A stretch of DNA of 22,843 nt from Bdellovibrionota bacterium (GTDB taxonomy: Bacteria > Bdellovibrionota_C > UBA2361): positions 1 to 22,843 of the forward strand of contig JBILDU010000041.1 in the NCBI GenBank assembly GCA_044352465.1, given 5' to 3'. Shown one piece after another: positions 1-9,144 of this stretch (its first letter is position 1; each line of letters starts with the position of its first letter). The position numbers and the translations under genes were made by a program. The notes below the pieces were generated by a model. It saw only the letters and a list, made by a program, of their open reading frames with translations. It did not search any database and was not told the DNA's origin.

Positions 1-1
1 T

Positions 2-532
2 GATAAACTCCCCCCGGTGGCGCTCGCGTTGGCATCTCGCGATTCAACGATCGCGGCGGTACGAAGCCTCCCCGCGGCCCGTGCCCTCTGGCAGATCGAA
101 TACGAGCGACAGCTTCCTTTGGTGTCGGGGTATCAAGAACAGAGAGAGAGAGAGCTTTCACGACGGGTGCGTGAAGCTGATTTGATACGGCTCCATTTTG
201 AGGAGACCGCCGCTCTCGTTGTCCTATGCGCCGCAGATCTCGCAGCGGAGCATCCGATCACGCGGCGGCTCGAAACCCTCGCCGGAGCGAATCAGCTATC
301 AAACGAGGAGCGGAAGCAGATCCTCGACTATCTGGGTGCAGGGCAGGGTTGGCCATCGTTCGATGTCGGCAAACTGAGTCGGGCCGAGCGGCAAGTCGTG
401 CGCGAGGCACTCTCGGCGGGTTGGGACCGGGGAATTCCGCTTTGTGCGCAGGATGTCGATGGAAAGTTGCGAGCGCTTTCCGCGTACACGGTGATGCGGC
501 TCATCGAACGGGCGGTGAGCTCCGATGTGTAA
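2..532 (+). CDS. Hypothetical protein, probably 5'-truncated
   Basis: Frame is open from base 2 to TAA at 530-532, with no stop upstream of the GTG at 17. Protein-like composition, followed by a hairpin and T-run. No family recognised. Confidence 0.6.
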   Translation, partial: DKLPPVALALASRDSTIAAVRSLPAARALWQIEYERQLPLVSGYQEQRERELSRRVREADLIRLHFEETAALVVLCAADLAAEHPITRRLETLAGANQLSNEERKQILDYLGAGQGWPSFDVGKLSRAERQVVREALSAGWDRGIPLCAQDVDGKLRALSAYTVMRLIERAVSSDV

Positions 533-558
533 ACATTCCTCTCCGTTCAGGAGTCCGG

Positions 559-603
559 ACGCGGGCCTTGGCGGTCTTCTTCGAGGGCGGGCTCGTGTTT
601 TTT
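559..603 (+). terminator. Possible intrinsic terminator between convergent genes
   Basis: ACGCGGGCCT (559-568) pairs with GGGCTCGTGT (589-598) using G-U pairs, followed by T6 (598-603). Confidence 0.4.
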
Positions 604-632
604 CCGGACGGTGAAAAAACTTTCTGAAAAAA

Positions 633-1874
633 TCACGAGGAGAGCACTGGGAGGGCCGTCGTCGCAGCTCGGTAGAGATCCTCCACCGAGATCGCTTTGA
701 GGCACTTGCTGTCTTGGCAGATCGTGTGGCGGTGATTCGCCGCCGATAAACACGGGCTGCACGAGAAGTGCGCAAAGATATTGGTGGCGTTGGGGCCGAG
801 GGGACCGTAGAGCGCCGGCGTTTCGGGTCCGAAGATCGTGACGACTTTAATGTCGGTGAGCGCCGCCATGTGTGCTGGGCCGCTGTCGTTCGTGATCAGC
901 ATCTTACTGAATTTGAGGATCGCAAGCAGCTCACGGAGCGAGCGAGTGCGACCCGTCAGGTCGATACACCGCCCATCTCGACCAGCTCCAGCGGTCGCTT
1001 TTTGAAGCGCTTCAGCGTAGCTTTTTGAGCGCCCGAGCCCGACGACACCGATGACCGCACGTGGATTCTTATCGAGGAGCCGTCGCGCGAGTTCCTCAAA
1101 GTTCTCCATCGGCCAGCCCCGAATCGGAAGGGCGTCACCGGGATCGGGATTGAAGATAATCAGGTCTGTTTCCGCCGAGAAAGGGGGGTGCAGCTCCTGG
1201 ATGAGCGCGCGCATATTTCGATCCTCCTCCGCAGTCGGGGAAAAACGGGGAAGAGGCTGAAGCATCGGTCGGACATCTTTCTTTAAAAGCGGCGCATCGG
1301 CTTGGTCCGCTTCGAGCGCATGAACGAGCGCCATAAAGTTGTATGCCATATGCTGGTGAGGGTTGTAGAACACGCGGTGTGAGATGAGGTTTCCGCGGTA
1401 GAGCCCCTCAGCGGTGTAGTTATGGTAGCCGACCCGGCGTTTCGCCCCGGTTAAGAAACTAAAAATAGTGGTGAAACGGGAGAAGAGCTCCATGTCGAGC
1501 ACCGTGTCGATCTGAAGCGCCCGAATACGGAAAAGCATCTTCGCTGCCGACACCGTGAACTCAAGGAACGATTTGTCGGAGATCGTAAGCACGTTCTCGT
1601 ACGGAATGGTGTTGAGGAGATCGACGCTTTCGCGGTTCTTCTTGAAAATGAGGAAGTAGGGGACTGCGTCGGGGAACAGCTTTCTCACCCGCTCGAGCGC
1701 CGAGTGGGCGATAATGGCGCTTCCCATTTCGGAGAGCTCGATGAAGAGAACCCTCTTCGGTTTGTGGTTACTTGGGGGATAAACAAGCGAACCGAACCAC
1801 CGGACCACCGATAGCCCTGCACAGAGGGGAATGCCGACCCAGCGGTCGACTATCTGCATAAGACGGACTTTCAA
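633..1874 (-). CDS. Glycosyltransferase family 9 (ADP-heptose:LPS heptosyltransferase-like)
   Basis: GT9 motifs LSEMGSAI, RGWP, DLTGRT-SL, ITNDSGPAHMA, IFGPETP and C-terminal CSPC...C...C. Start uncertain: TTG 1874 (GAAGG upstream), ATG 1859 or TTG 1898. Confidence 0.88.
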   Translation of the reverse strand: MKVRLMQIVDRWVGIPLCAGLSVVRWFGSLVYPPSNHKPKRVLFIELSEMGSAIIAHSALERVRKLFPDAVPYFLIFKKNRESVDLLNTIPYENVLTISDKSFLEFTVSAAKMLFRIRALQIDTVLDMELFSRFTTIFSFLTGAKRRVGYHNYTAEGLYRGNLISHRVFYNPHQHMAYNFMALVHALEADQADAPLLKKDVRPMLQPLPRFSPTAEEDRNMRALIQELHPPFSAETDLIIFNPDPGDALPIRGWPMENFEELARRLLDKNPRAVIGVVGLGRSKSYAEALQKATAGAGRDGRCIDLTGRTRSLRELLAILKFSKMLITNDSGPAHMAALTDIKVVTIFGPETPALYGPLGPNATNIFAHFSCSPCLSAANHRHTICQDSKCLKAISVEDLYRAATTALPVLSS

Positions 1875-2120
1875 ACCGATACCTTCGATATAAAGCAACC
1901 CGTTTGTAGCACTTTAGGCAGCAGATAGCTAAAAACCGTGGTGGACTAACATCGCCCCGGGTCCTAAGATGCTGTTTTTTCTGCCAAAACGATGGGCTGC
2001 GCTATTGAATCTGCGGTGACTAAGTTCAGCCCGAATTGGGGGTGTCCCCTATGTCGGCGTCGGTTCGCACAATCCGCGAGATGAGGACGCGCAGGGGGAC
2101 AATAATAAAGCCCCGTTCCG

Positions 2121-2150
2121 TTGACATTATTTGATGTTCAGTGCTATCAA
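2121..2150 (+). promoter_or_regulatory. Putative sigma70 promoter for the str operon
   Basis: Perfect TTGACA (2121-2126), 18-nt spacer ending TGC, then TATCAA (2145-2150), an extended -10-like element with an imperfect hexamer. Confidence 0.55.
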
Positions 2151-2571
2151 TCTGCCCTCGAATTGGATCGAAGATTTACCAGCCCGCCGTGGGCGCGTAT
2201 TTTACTGGTTCAGCCTTGACGCAAAAAGCGCCAGGAAACGCCGGTCAAATACGGAAAAAACAACACGGTGAGTTCGCAGATGCGCTGCCTCCATCCTGGG
2301 GAAGCATTCATCTCGGTAATTTCTTCTAGGAGTTTGCTGCCTCGAGCTGAGAAATCGTGAGCCGGTCTCACTGGTTTCTCAAAATAGCCGAGCGCCACCA
2401 GGAAACGCAGCAACAAAACAAAGTCGAGCGGACGTTGGGGAAACCCGAGCCGTGAAGAGTGGGGCGTCGCTTCAGAAGGTCCCACTCTGGCGGATTCGTG
2501 CAACGACGCTTCGAAAAAATGATCGGCGCACGGAAACGTGAGTCGAAGTTTAAGAGTATACCGCAGAACGT

Positions 2572-2943
2572 ATGCCAACAATTAATCAGCTCGTTCGGAG
2601 CCAAAGAGAGAAGAAGAGAGCGAAGAGCAAGTCCCCCGCATTAGTGGGATGTCCTCAACGTCGAGGTGTCTGCACGCGTGTGTACACCCAGACTCCGAAG
2701 AAGCCGAACTCCGCGCTCCGAAAGGTGGCGCGCGTGCGCTTGACCACCGGTATGGAGGTGACAAGCTACATCCCTGGGGTGGGGCACAATCTCCAAGAAC
2801 ACTCTGTCGTTTTGATTCGTGGTGGTCGTGTGAAGGATCTTCCCGGCGTTCGTTATCATATCGTTCGCGGCAAGCTCGAGGCGCACGGCGTTGCTGATCG
2901 TCGCCAAAGCCGTTCGAAGTACGGCGCGAAGCGTCCGAAGTAG
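2572..2943 (+). CDS. rpsL: 30S ribosomal protein S12
   Basis: [36 protein letters not shown]. Confidence 0.99.
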   Translation: MPTINQLVRSQREKKRAKSKSPALVGCPQRRGVCTRVYTQTPKKPNSALRKVARVRLTTGMEVTSYIPGVGHNLQEHSVVLIRGGRVKDLPGVRYHIVRGKLEAHGVADRRQSRSKYGAKRPK

Positions 2944-2981
2944 TTTTTTAACCGACACCGGTCCAAAAAAGGGAATCCGAC

Positions 2982-3455
2982 ATGTCACGTAAGAAGAGAG
3001 ATTTTACTCGCGTTGTTCTGCCCGATCCGAAGTACGGTGATGTTGTGGTAACAAAGCTCGTGAACGCAATGATGCGCGATGGCAAGAAGAGCATCGCGGA
3101 GCAGGCCTTTTACGGCGCCTTAGAGCAGGTCGAGAAGAAGGTGCAGGGCGACACTCCGTTGGTGGTCTTCCAGCGCGCGCTGCAGAACATTCGTCCGCTT
3201 GTCGAGGTTCGCTCGCGGCGCGTCGGTGGCGCGAACTACCAGGTTCCGACTGAGGTTCGAGTCGAGCGCGGACAGTCGCTCGCAATTCGCTGGCTCATCG
3301 AGGCCGCGAACGGTCGAGGTGAGCGCACCTTGTCCGATCGTATCGCCAACGAGATCCTCGATGCGGCAAACAATCGGGGTGGCGCTGTAAAGAAGCGTGA
3401 GGACACTCATCGCATGGCCGAAGCGAACAAAGCTTTCGCCCACTTTAAGTGGTAG
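2982..3455 (+). CDS. rpsG: 30S ribosomal protein S7
   Basis: [29 protein letters not shown]. Confidence 0.99.
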   Translation: MSRKKRDFTRVVLPDPKYGDVVVTKLVNAMMRDGKKSIAEQAFYGALEQVEKKVQGDTPLVVFQRALQNIRPLVEVRSRRVGGANYQVPTEVRVERGQSLAIRWLIEAANGRGERTLSDRIANEILDAANNRGGAVKKREDTHRMAEANKAFAHFKW

Positions 3456-3488
3456 TGCATTAATTCAGGTAATCGAAGGTAATACTCC

Positions 3489-5591
3489 GTGGCAAAGCTC
3501 GACCTCAGCAAAACTCGCAACATCGGCATCATGGCCCACATCGATGCCGGCAAGACGACGACGTCTGAGCGCATCCTTTACTACACCGGCATCAACTACA
3601 AGATCGGTGAGGTGCACGAGGGTGCCGCGACCATGGACTACATGGAGCTCGAGCAGGAGCGCGGTATTACTATTACCTCAGCGGCAACGACCTGTACGTG
3701 GAGTGGCTCGAACGGCGACCGCGATAAGCATACGATTAACCTCATCGATACCCCCGGCCACGTGGACTTCACGATCGAGGTCGAGCGGAGCTTGCGGGTC
3801 CTTGACGGAGCGGTTGCGGCGTTCGACGGAGTAAACGGCGTTGAGCCTCAGTCTGAGACGGTCTGGCGCCAGGCTAACAAGTTCAACGTTCCTCGCATCT
3901 GCTTCATCAATAAGATGGACCGGATCGGTGCTGACTTCATGATGTCGGTTGGAACGATTCGGGAGCGCCTGGGTGCTAACGGTGTGCCGATTCAGCTCCC
4001 GATCGGCGCTGAGAGCAATTTTCAAGGTGTGATCGATCTCGTCGCTATGAAGGCGATCTACTACCTCGACGAGACCAAGGGCGCTAAGTTCGATGAGAAG
4101 GAAATTCCCTCAGACCTTCTCGACGAGGCCACCAAGGCGCACGACCAGCTTCTCGAGGCCCTCTCAGAGCATGACGAGAAGATCATGGAGATGTACCTTG
4201 GGGGAGAGAAAATTCCGGTTGATCAGCTGAAGGCTGCTATTCGTAAGCAAACCCTTGAGATGCATATCTTCCCAGTTCTGTGTGGCAGCGCCTTCAAGAA
4301 TAAGGGCGTACAGCCCCTCCTCGATGCGGTGCTTGATTACTTACCGTCGCCGCTGGATATTCCAGCAGTAAAGGGATTAAATCCTGATGCGAAGAAGGGC
4401 GAAGAGAGTGTTGAGATAATTCGCTCGGTGGATCCGACCGCGCCGTTCTGTGCGCTCGCGTTTAAGATTATTACGGATCCTTTCGTAGGCGTTCTGACCT
4501 TCATTCGAGTTTATTCGGGAACCTTGCTTCCGAGCTCGGCTGTTTATAACTCCACCCGATCGAAGAAAGAACGGATCGGTCGTATCGTGCGTATGCACGC
4601 CGACAAGCGGGAAGATATCAAAGAGCTCTCAGCGGGTGACATTGGTGCAGTAGTTGGGTTGAAGGAAGTTATCACCGGCGACACTCTCTGCGATCCTGAC
4701 CATCCGATTGTTCTTGAGTCAATCCATGCTCCGCCTCCGGTTATCAGCATCGCGATTGAGCCGAAGACGAAGGCCGACGAAGAGAAGATGGGCCTTAGCC
4801 TGATGAAGCTTGCCAAAGAGGACCCGTCCCTGAAGGTGAGTGTGGACCAAGAGTCAGGTCAGACGCTCATCGGGGGTATGGGAGAGCTCCATCTCGATAT
4901 TATCAAGCAGCGCCTTTTTCGTGAATTCGGCGTTGATACCACGGTAGGTAAGCCTCAAGTGGCGTACCGCGAAACGATTATTGGGACCGTGGAGAACGAG
5001 ACGAAATATGCGAAGCAAACGGGTGGTCGTGGTCAATTTGGTCACGTCTTGCTCCGGGTCGAGCCGCTCCAGCCGGGTAGTGGTGTCGAATTTGCCGATG
5101 AAACCAAGGGTGGTGTTATTCCGAAGGAATACATCCCTGCGGTGGAGGACGGCGTGCGCGAAGCACTCGAGGGCGGAATCCTCGCGGGCTTTCCCGTTAT
5201 CGATGTCAAGGTTGCCGTATTCTACGGTAGCTACCACGAGGTCGACTCGAGCGAAATCGCATTCAAGATCGCTGGCTCTATGTGCGTGAAGGAAGCTTGT
5301 CGTAGGGCGAAGCTTCAACTTCTCGAACCGATTATGGCCGTCGAAGTGGTGTGTCCCGATGATTTCGTCAGTAACATCGTTGGTGACCTCAACCGTCGAC
5401 GCTCGCGAATCATGGGCATGGAGCCGCGTGGTGGCGCCCAGGCGATTAAAGCCGAAGTGCCGCTGTCGGAGATGTTCGGTTACTCGACCGACCTGCGTTC
5501 AAGCTCGCAGGGTCGCGCCGTGTTTACCATGGAGTATCACCACTACGCACCGGTGCCGACGCATATCGCTGAAAGCATCGCGACGAAGTAG
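3489..5591 (+). CDS. fusA: Elongation factor G (GTG start)
   Basis: [43 protein letters not shown]; 700 aa; position after rpsG. Confidence 0.99.
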   Translation: MAKLDLSKTRNIGIMAHIDAGKTTTSERILYYTGINYKIGEVHEGAATMDYMELEQERGITITSAATTCTWSGSNGDRDKHTINLIDTPGHVDFTIEVERSLRVLDGAVAAFDGVNGVEPQSETVWRQANKFNVPRICFINKMDRIGADFMMSVGTIRERLGANGVPIQLPIGAESNFQGVIDLVAMKAIYYLDETKGAKFDEKEIPSDLLDEATKAHDQLLEALSEHDEKIMEMYLGGEKIPVDQLKAAIRKQTLEMHIFPVLCGSAFKNKGVQPLLDAVLDYLPSPLDIPAVKGLNPDAKKGEESVEIIRSVDPTAPFCALAFKIITDPFVGVLTFIRVYSGTLLPSSAVYNSTRSKKERIGRIVRMHADKREDIKELSAGDIGAVVGLKEVITGDTLCDPDHPIVLESIHAPPPVISIAIEPKTKADEEKMGLSLMKLAKEDPSLKVSVDQESGQTLIGGMGELHLDIIKQRLFREFGVDTTVGKPQVAYRETIIGTVENETKYAKQTGGRGQFGHVLLRVEPLQPGSGVEFADETKGGVIPKEYIPAVEDGVREALEGGILAGFPVIDVKVAVFYGSYHEVDSSEIAFKIAGSMCVKEACRRAKLQLLEPIMAVEVVCPDDFVSNIVGDLNRRRSRIMGMEPRGGAQAIKAEVPLSEMFGYSTDLRSSSQGRAVFTMEYHHYAPVPTHIAESIATK

Positions 5592-5630
5592 TTTTTTGGA
5601 AGTCTGCTTTTTTTAAAAGGAAAAGAAGCT

Positions 5631-6830
5631 ATGGCAACGAAGGGAAAATTTGAGCGCACCAAGCCCCACGTCAACGTGGGAACCATTGGGCACGTCGACC
5701 ACGGCAAGACGACCTTGACCGCGGCGCTTGTGAATACCCAAGCAAAGCGCAACATGGCAACAGCGAAGGCCTATTCGGACATCGCGAAGGGCGGGACCGT
5801 GCGTGACGAGTCGAAGACCGTCACGATCGCTTCAGCGCACGTTGAGTATGAAACGGCAAATCGCCACTACGCTCACGTTGATTGCCCCGGTCACGCTGAC
5901 TACGTTAAGAACATGATCACGGGCGCTGCTCAGATGGACGGAGCAATCCTGGTCGTGAGCGCTTCAGACGGCCCAATGCCCCAGACCCGTGAGCACATCC
6001 TGCTTGCCCGTCAGGTCGGTGTGCCGAAGATCGTGGTTTTCCTTAACAAGTGCGACACCGTCGACGACAAGGAGCTCCTCGATCTCGTTGAGATGGAAGT
6101 TCGTGAGCTTCTCAACACCTACGACTTCCCAGGCGATGATACCCCGATCATCCGTGGCGCTGCGCTCAAGGCCCTTCAGGGTGAAGAGAGCGAGCTCGGC
6201 ATCGGTAGCATCGATAAGCTTTTGGCAACGATCGACGAGTACGTTCCCGTGCCACAACGTGACATCGACAAGCCGTTCCTGATGCCGGTCGAAGACGTGT
6301 TCTCGATCGAAGGCCGTGGAACTGTGGCCACCGGCCGTATCGAGCGCGGAATCATCAAGGTAGGTGAAGAGGTCGAGATTATCGGTCTTAAGGACACTGC
6401 GAAGACTGTTGTCACCGGCGTTGAAATGTTCCGCAAGCTTCTCGATGAGGGTCAAGCGGGTGACAACGTTGGTTGTCTCCTCCGTGGCTTGAAGCGGGAA
6501 GAGGTTGAGCGTGGCCAAGTGCTCGCGAAACCCGGTTCGATCAAGCCCCACCGGAAGTTCAAGGCAGAGGCCTACATCCTCAAGAAGGAAGAGGGTGGAC
6601 GTCATAAGCCCTTCTTCACCGGCTATCGGCCCCAGTTCTACTTCCGCACCACGGACGTAACCGGCTCGATTAAGCTCCCCGACGGTGTCGAGATGGCGAT
6701 GCCGGGCGACCATATCAACCTCGATGTGGAGCTCTATACCCCAATTGCGATGGAGAAGCAGGTTCGCTTCGCTATCCGCGAGGGTGGCAAGACCGTCGGT
6801 TCCGGCGTTGTAACTGATATCGTGGAGTAA
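5631..6830 (+). CDS. tuf: Elongation factor Tu
   Basis: [45 protein letters not shown]; atypical switch I. Confidence 0.99.
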   Translation: MATKGKFERTKPHVNVGTIGHVDHGKTTLTAALVNTQAKRNMATAKAYSDIAKGGTVRDESKTVTIASAHVEYETANRHYAHVDCPGHADYVKNMITGAAQMDGAILVVSASDGPMPQTREHILLARQVGVPKIVVFLNKCDTVDDKELLDLVEMEVRELLNTYDFPGDDTPIIRGAALKALQGEESELGIGSIDKLLATIDEYVPVPQRDIDKPFLMPVEDVFSIEGRGTVATGRIERGIIKVGEEVEIIGLKDTAKTVVTGVEMFRKLLDEGQAGDNVGCLLRGLKREEVERGQVLAKPGSIKPHRKFKAEAYILKKEEGGRHKPFFTGYRPQFYFRTTDVTGSIKLPDGVEMAMPGDHINLDVELYTPIAMEKQVRFAIREGGKTVGSGVVTDIVE

Positions 6831-6843
6831 GCCGGTTACTCTT

Positions 6844-6901
6844 TATTCTGCCCCGCACCGTATTCTGCCCCGCACCAAGCGCGGCTCGGTGCGGGGCAGA
6901 A
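6844..6901 (+). repeat. 16-bp tandem direct repeat plus inverted complement (hairpin with duplicated 5' arm)
   Basis: TATTCTGCCCCGCACC at 6844-6859 and 6861-6876; complementary CGGTGCGGGGCAGAA at 6887-6901. Confidence 0.9.
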
Positions 6902-6930
6902 ACTCGGACTTAAGATACAGGATAGACTAA

Positions 6931-7245
6931 ATGCTCGGCGGTCAACTCATTAGAATTCGCTTGAAAGGCTACGACCACAAGCTGCTCGATGCGGCAGTGT
7001 CGGAGATCGTTACGACGGTGCGTCGGACGGGAGGTAGGGTCGCAGGTCCGATCCCGCTGCCCACCCGGATTGAACGTTTCACCGTTAATCGCTCGCCATT
7101 CGTTGATAAGAAGTCGCGTGAGCAGTTCGAGATTCGGACCCACAAGCGTCTCCTCGATATTCTCGAGCCGACGCAGCAGACGATCGACGAGCTCGGCAAG
7201 CTCGAGCTCTCGACCGGGATCGATGTGGAGATTAAGCTCCAATAG
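6931..7245 (+). CDS. rpsJ: 30S ribosomal protein S10
   Basis: [31 protein letters not shown]. Confidence 0.99.
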   Translation: MLGGQLIRIRLKGYDHKLLDAAVSEIVTTVRRTGGRVAGPIPLPTRIERFTVNRSPFVDKKSREQFEIRTHKRLLDILEPTQQTIDELGKLELSTGIDVEIKLQ

Positions 7246-7308
7246 GCCCCGACGAGGAAGAGCGACGGATTTTGAGTAGGCAGCAGAAGTCACAACGACA
7301 GGAAGCGC

Positions 7309-7986
7309 ATGAGCACTGAGAAATTACAACCTGAAGGACTGCTTGGGCGGAAGCTCGGCATGACTCATATCTTCACCGGCGAGGGGCAGTCCGTTCCGGT
7401 GACGATCATTGAGGCGGGCCCTTGTTTCGTCCTCGACGTGAAGAACAAGAAGGACCACGGTTATAGCGCGGTACAGCTTGGGTTTGGTCCGAAGAAGTTC
7501 CAGCGGGTTGATACCGCCATGAAGGGGCACTTCGAAAAAGCTGGTAAGGGCGCGTTCTACCACGTCAAAGAGATGCGGTGCGACGTGGAGGCTCTTAAAT
7601 GGGAGACTCTGGGTCAAGAGATTAGGGTAGCCGACGTCTTCGCCGATGGCGAGATGGTGGATGTGGCCGGGGTGACGATCGGACGTGGATTCGCGGGTGT
7701 TATCAAGCGCCACAAGATGAAAGGTCAGCCCTCAACTCGCGGCACTCACGAGACCCGCCGGAACGTCGGTTCGGTTGGTTGTCGTAAGTTTCCTGGGCAT
7801 ATATTTAAGAACAAGCGCATGCCAGGCCACATGGGCGACGTCAATGTGACGATCCAGAACCTCAAGGTCATGGGTATTCGTCCTGAGCAAAACGTAATCC
7901 TGGTCAGAGGGGGAATCCCGGGGGCACGCGGTAGCTTGGTCGTTATTCGTAAGGCGATTAAGTCCTACAAGCAGAAGGCGGCGTAA
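7309..7986 (+). CDS. rplC: 50S ribosomal protein L3
   Basis: GLLGRKLGMT, GRGFAGVIKRH, KRMPGHMG, RGGIPG. Confidence 0.99.
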   Translation: MSTEKLQPEGLLGRKLGMTHIFTGEGQSVPVTIIEAGPCFVLDVKNKKDHGYSAVQLGFGPKKFQRVDTAMKGHFEKAGKGAFYHVKEMRCDVEALKWETLGQEIRVADVFADGEMVDVAGVTIGRGFAGVIKRHKMKGQPSTRGTHETRRNVGSVGCRKFPGHIFKNKRMPGHMGDVNVTIQNLKVMGIRPEQNVILVRGGIPGARGSLVVIRKAIKSYKQKAA

Positions 7987-8003
7987 GTCGAAAGGCGTAA
8001 GCT

Positions 8004-8684
8004 ATGGCAACGAAGAAGATTGAAAATAAACCGGAATCACCGAAGTCGGTCAGCTGGAAGATCTTGAGCCTTGAGGGTAAAGAGGTTGGCTCAATCGACC
8101 TCGACGGTGAGGTATTTGCGGCAAAGGTGAATAAGAGCCTCGTGCATGATACCGTGCGGTGGCAGCTTGCACGTCGTCGCGCTGGTACCCACCAGGCCCT
8201 GACCCGTAGCATGATGCGCGGTGGTGCCAAGAAGCCGTGGAAGCAAAAGGGGACCGGTCGCGCTCGTGCGGGGTCAGGAATTTCTCCCTTGTGGGTCGGT
8301 GGTGCTAGTATCCACGGTCCGCTCCCGCGGTGTTACGACTACCGTTTGCCGAAGCGTACGCGTAGGCAGGCTCTTGCCGCTGTACTTTCTGACAAGGTGC
8401 AGGCGAAGCAGCTCATCGTGGTTGACAGCCTCGCAGTCAAGTCGGGGAAGACCAAAGATATGGCAGCAGCTCTCGGGAAGGTTGGGGTTACGGATCAACG
8501 TGTGACCGTTGTGACAACGGAAAACGATCAGATGGTCGTGCGTTCGGCTCGGAATCTGCCGAACGTTCAATTGGCATCGGTTGCTGCGGTAAACGTTTAC
8601 GATCTCCTTCGTAACGAGATACTCGTCACGACAAAGGCGGGAATTGAAGCGCTCCAAACACGCCTCAAGGGTGAAGCCGCGTAG
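8004..8684 (+). CDS. rplD: 50S ribosomal protein L4
   Basis: RRAGT, KPWKQKGTGRARAGS, SARNLP, NVYDLL. Confidence 0.99.
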   Translation: MATKKIENKPESPKSVSWKILSLEGKEVGSIDLDGEVFAAKVNKSLVHDTVRWQLARRRAGTHQALTRSMMRGGAKKPWKQKGTGRARAGSGISPLWVGGASIHGPLPRCYDYRLPKRTRRQALAAVLSDKVQAKQLIVVDSLAVKSGKTKDMAAALGKVGVTDQRVTVVTTENDQMVVRSARNLPNVQLASVAAVNVYDLLRNEILVTTKAGIEALQTRLKGEAA

Positions 8685-8752
8685 GCGAAGAGTGAGAAGA
8701 ACTTAACGGAGAAACCCCATTAAACTGGGGGTTCGAACGAGAAGGATGTAAG

Positions 8753-9142
8753 ATGGCACGGGCGAAGAAAGAAGACGGAGCGGTAACTGAGCCGAAGAAG
8801 GTGAAGAAGAGCGCTTCTAAAAAAGGCTCCAATGCGGAGTCGGCCACAGCGCGGATCGGCGACTACGCTACGTTGTTGCAGCCGATAATCACTGAGAAGA
8901 GTTCCCTCGTTGGCGGTGACAAGGGTCGTTACGTATTTCGTGTGGACCCACGCTCTACCAAGAGCGATATTCGCCGCGCCGTTGAAGGGATCTTCAATGT
9001 GAAGGTTGATTCGATTAACACGGCGGCTTTCATGGGCAAGGTGAAGCGGACGGCGCGCTCGGTTGGGCGTCGGGCTGGCTATAAAAAGGCGTATGTAACC
9101 CTCAAGGAAGGGTTCAAGATCGATATCGTCGAGGGAGTCTAA
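8753..9142 (+). CDS. rplW: 50S ribosomal protein L23 with Lys-rich N-terminal extension
   Basis: PIITEKS, YVFRV, KKAYVTL; GAAGGA RBS before ATG 8753. Confidence 0.97.
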   Translation: MARAKKEDGAVTEPKKVKKSASKKGSNAESATARIGDYATLLQPIITEKSSLVGGDKGRYVFRVDPRSTKSDIRRAVEGIFNVKVDSINTAAFMGKVKRTARSVGRRAGYKKAYVTLKEGFKIDIVEGV

Positions 9143-9144
9143 CG

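Noticed and set aside
2157..2571. Known housekeeping RNA (tRNA, tmRNA, SRP, RNase P)
   Set aside because: None of their hallmark sequences could be identified by eye.
2141..2644. Short ORFs on both strands upstream of and overlapping rpsL
   Set aside because: Mutually overlapping, no homology or RBS evident; the region looks like structured RNA.
5964..6713. 249-aa antisense ORF in tuf
   Set aside because: Antisense shadow in codon register with a highly biased gene.
6844..6876. Direct repeats as a CRISPR or IS end
   Set aside because: Only two 16-bp copies separated by 1 nt; no spacers, cas or transposase genes.
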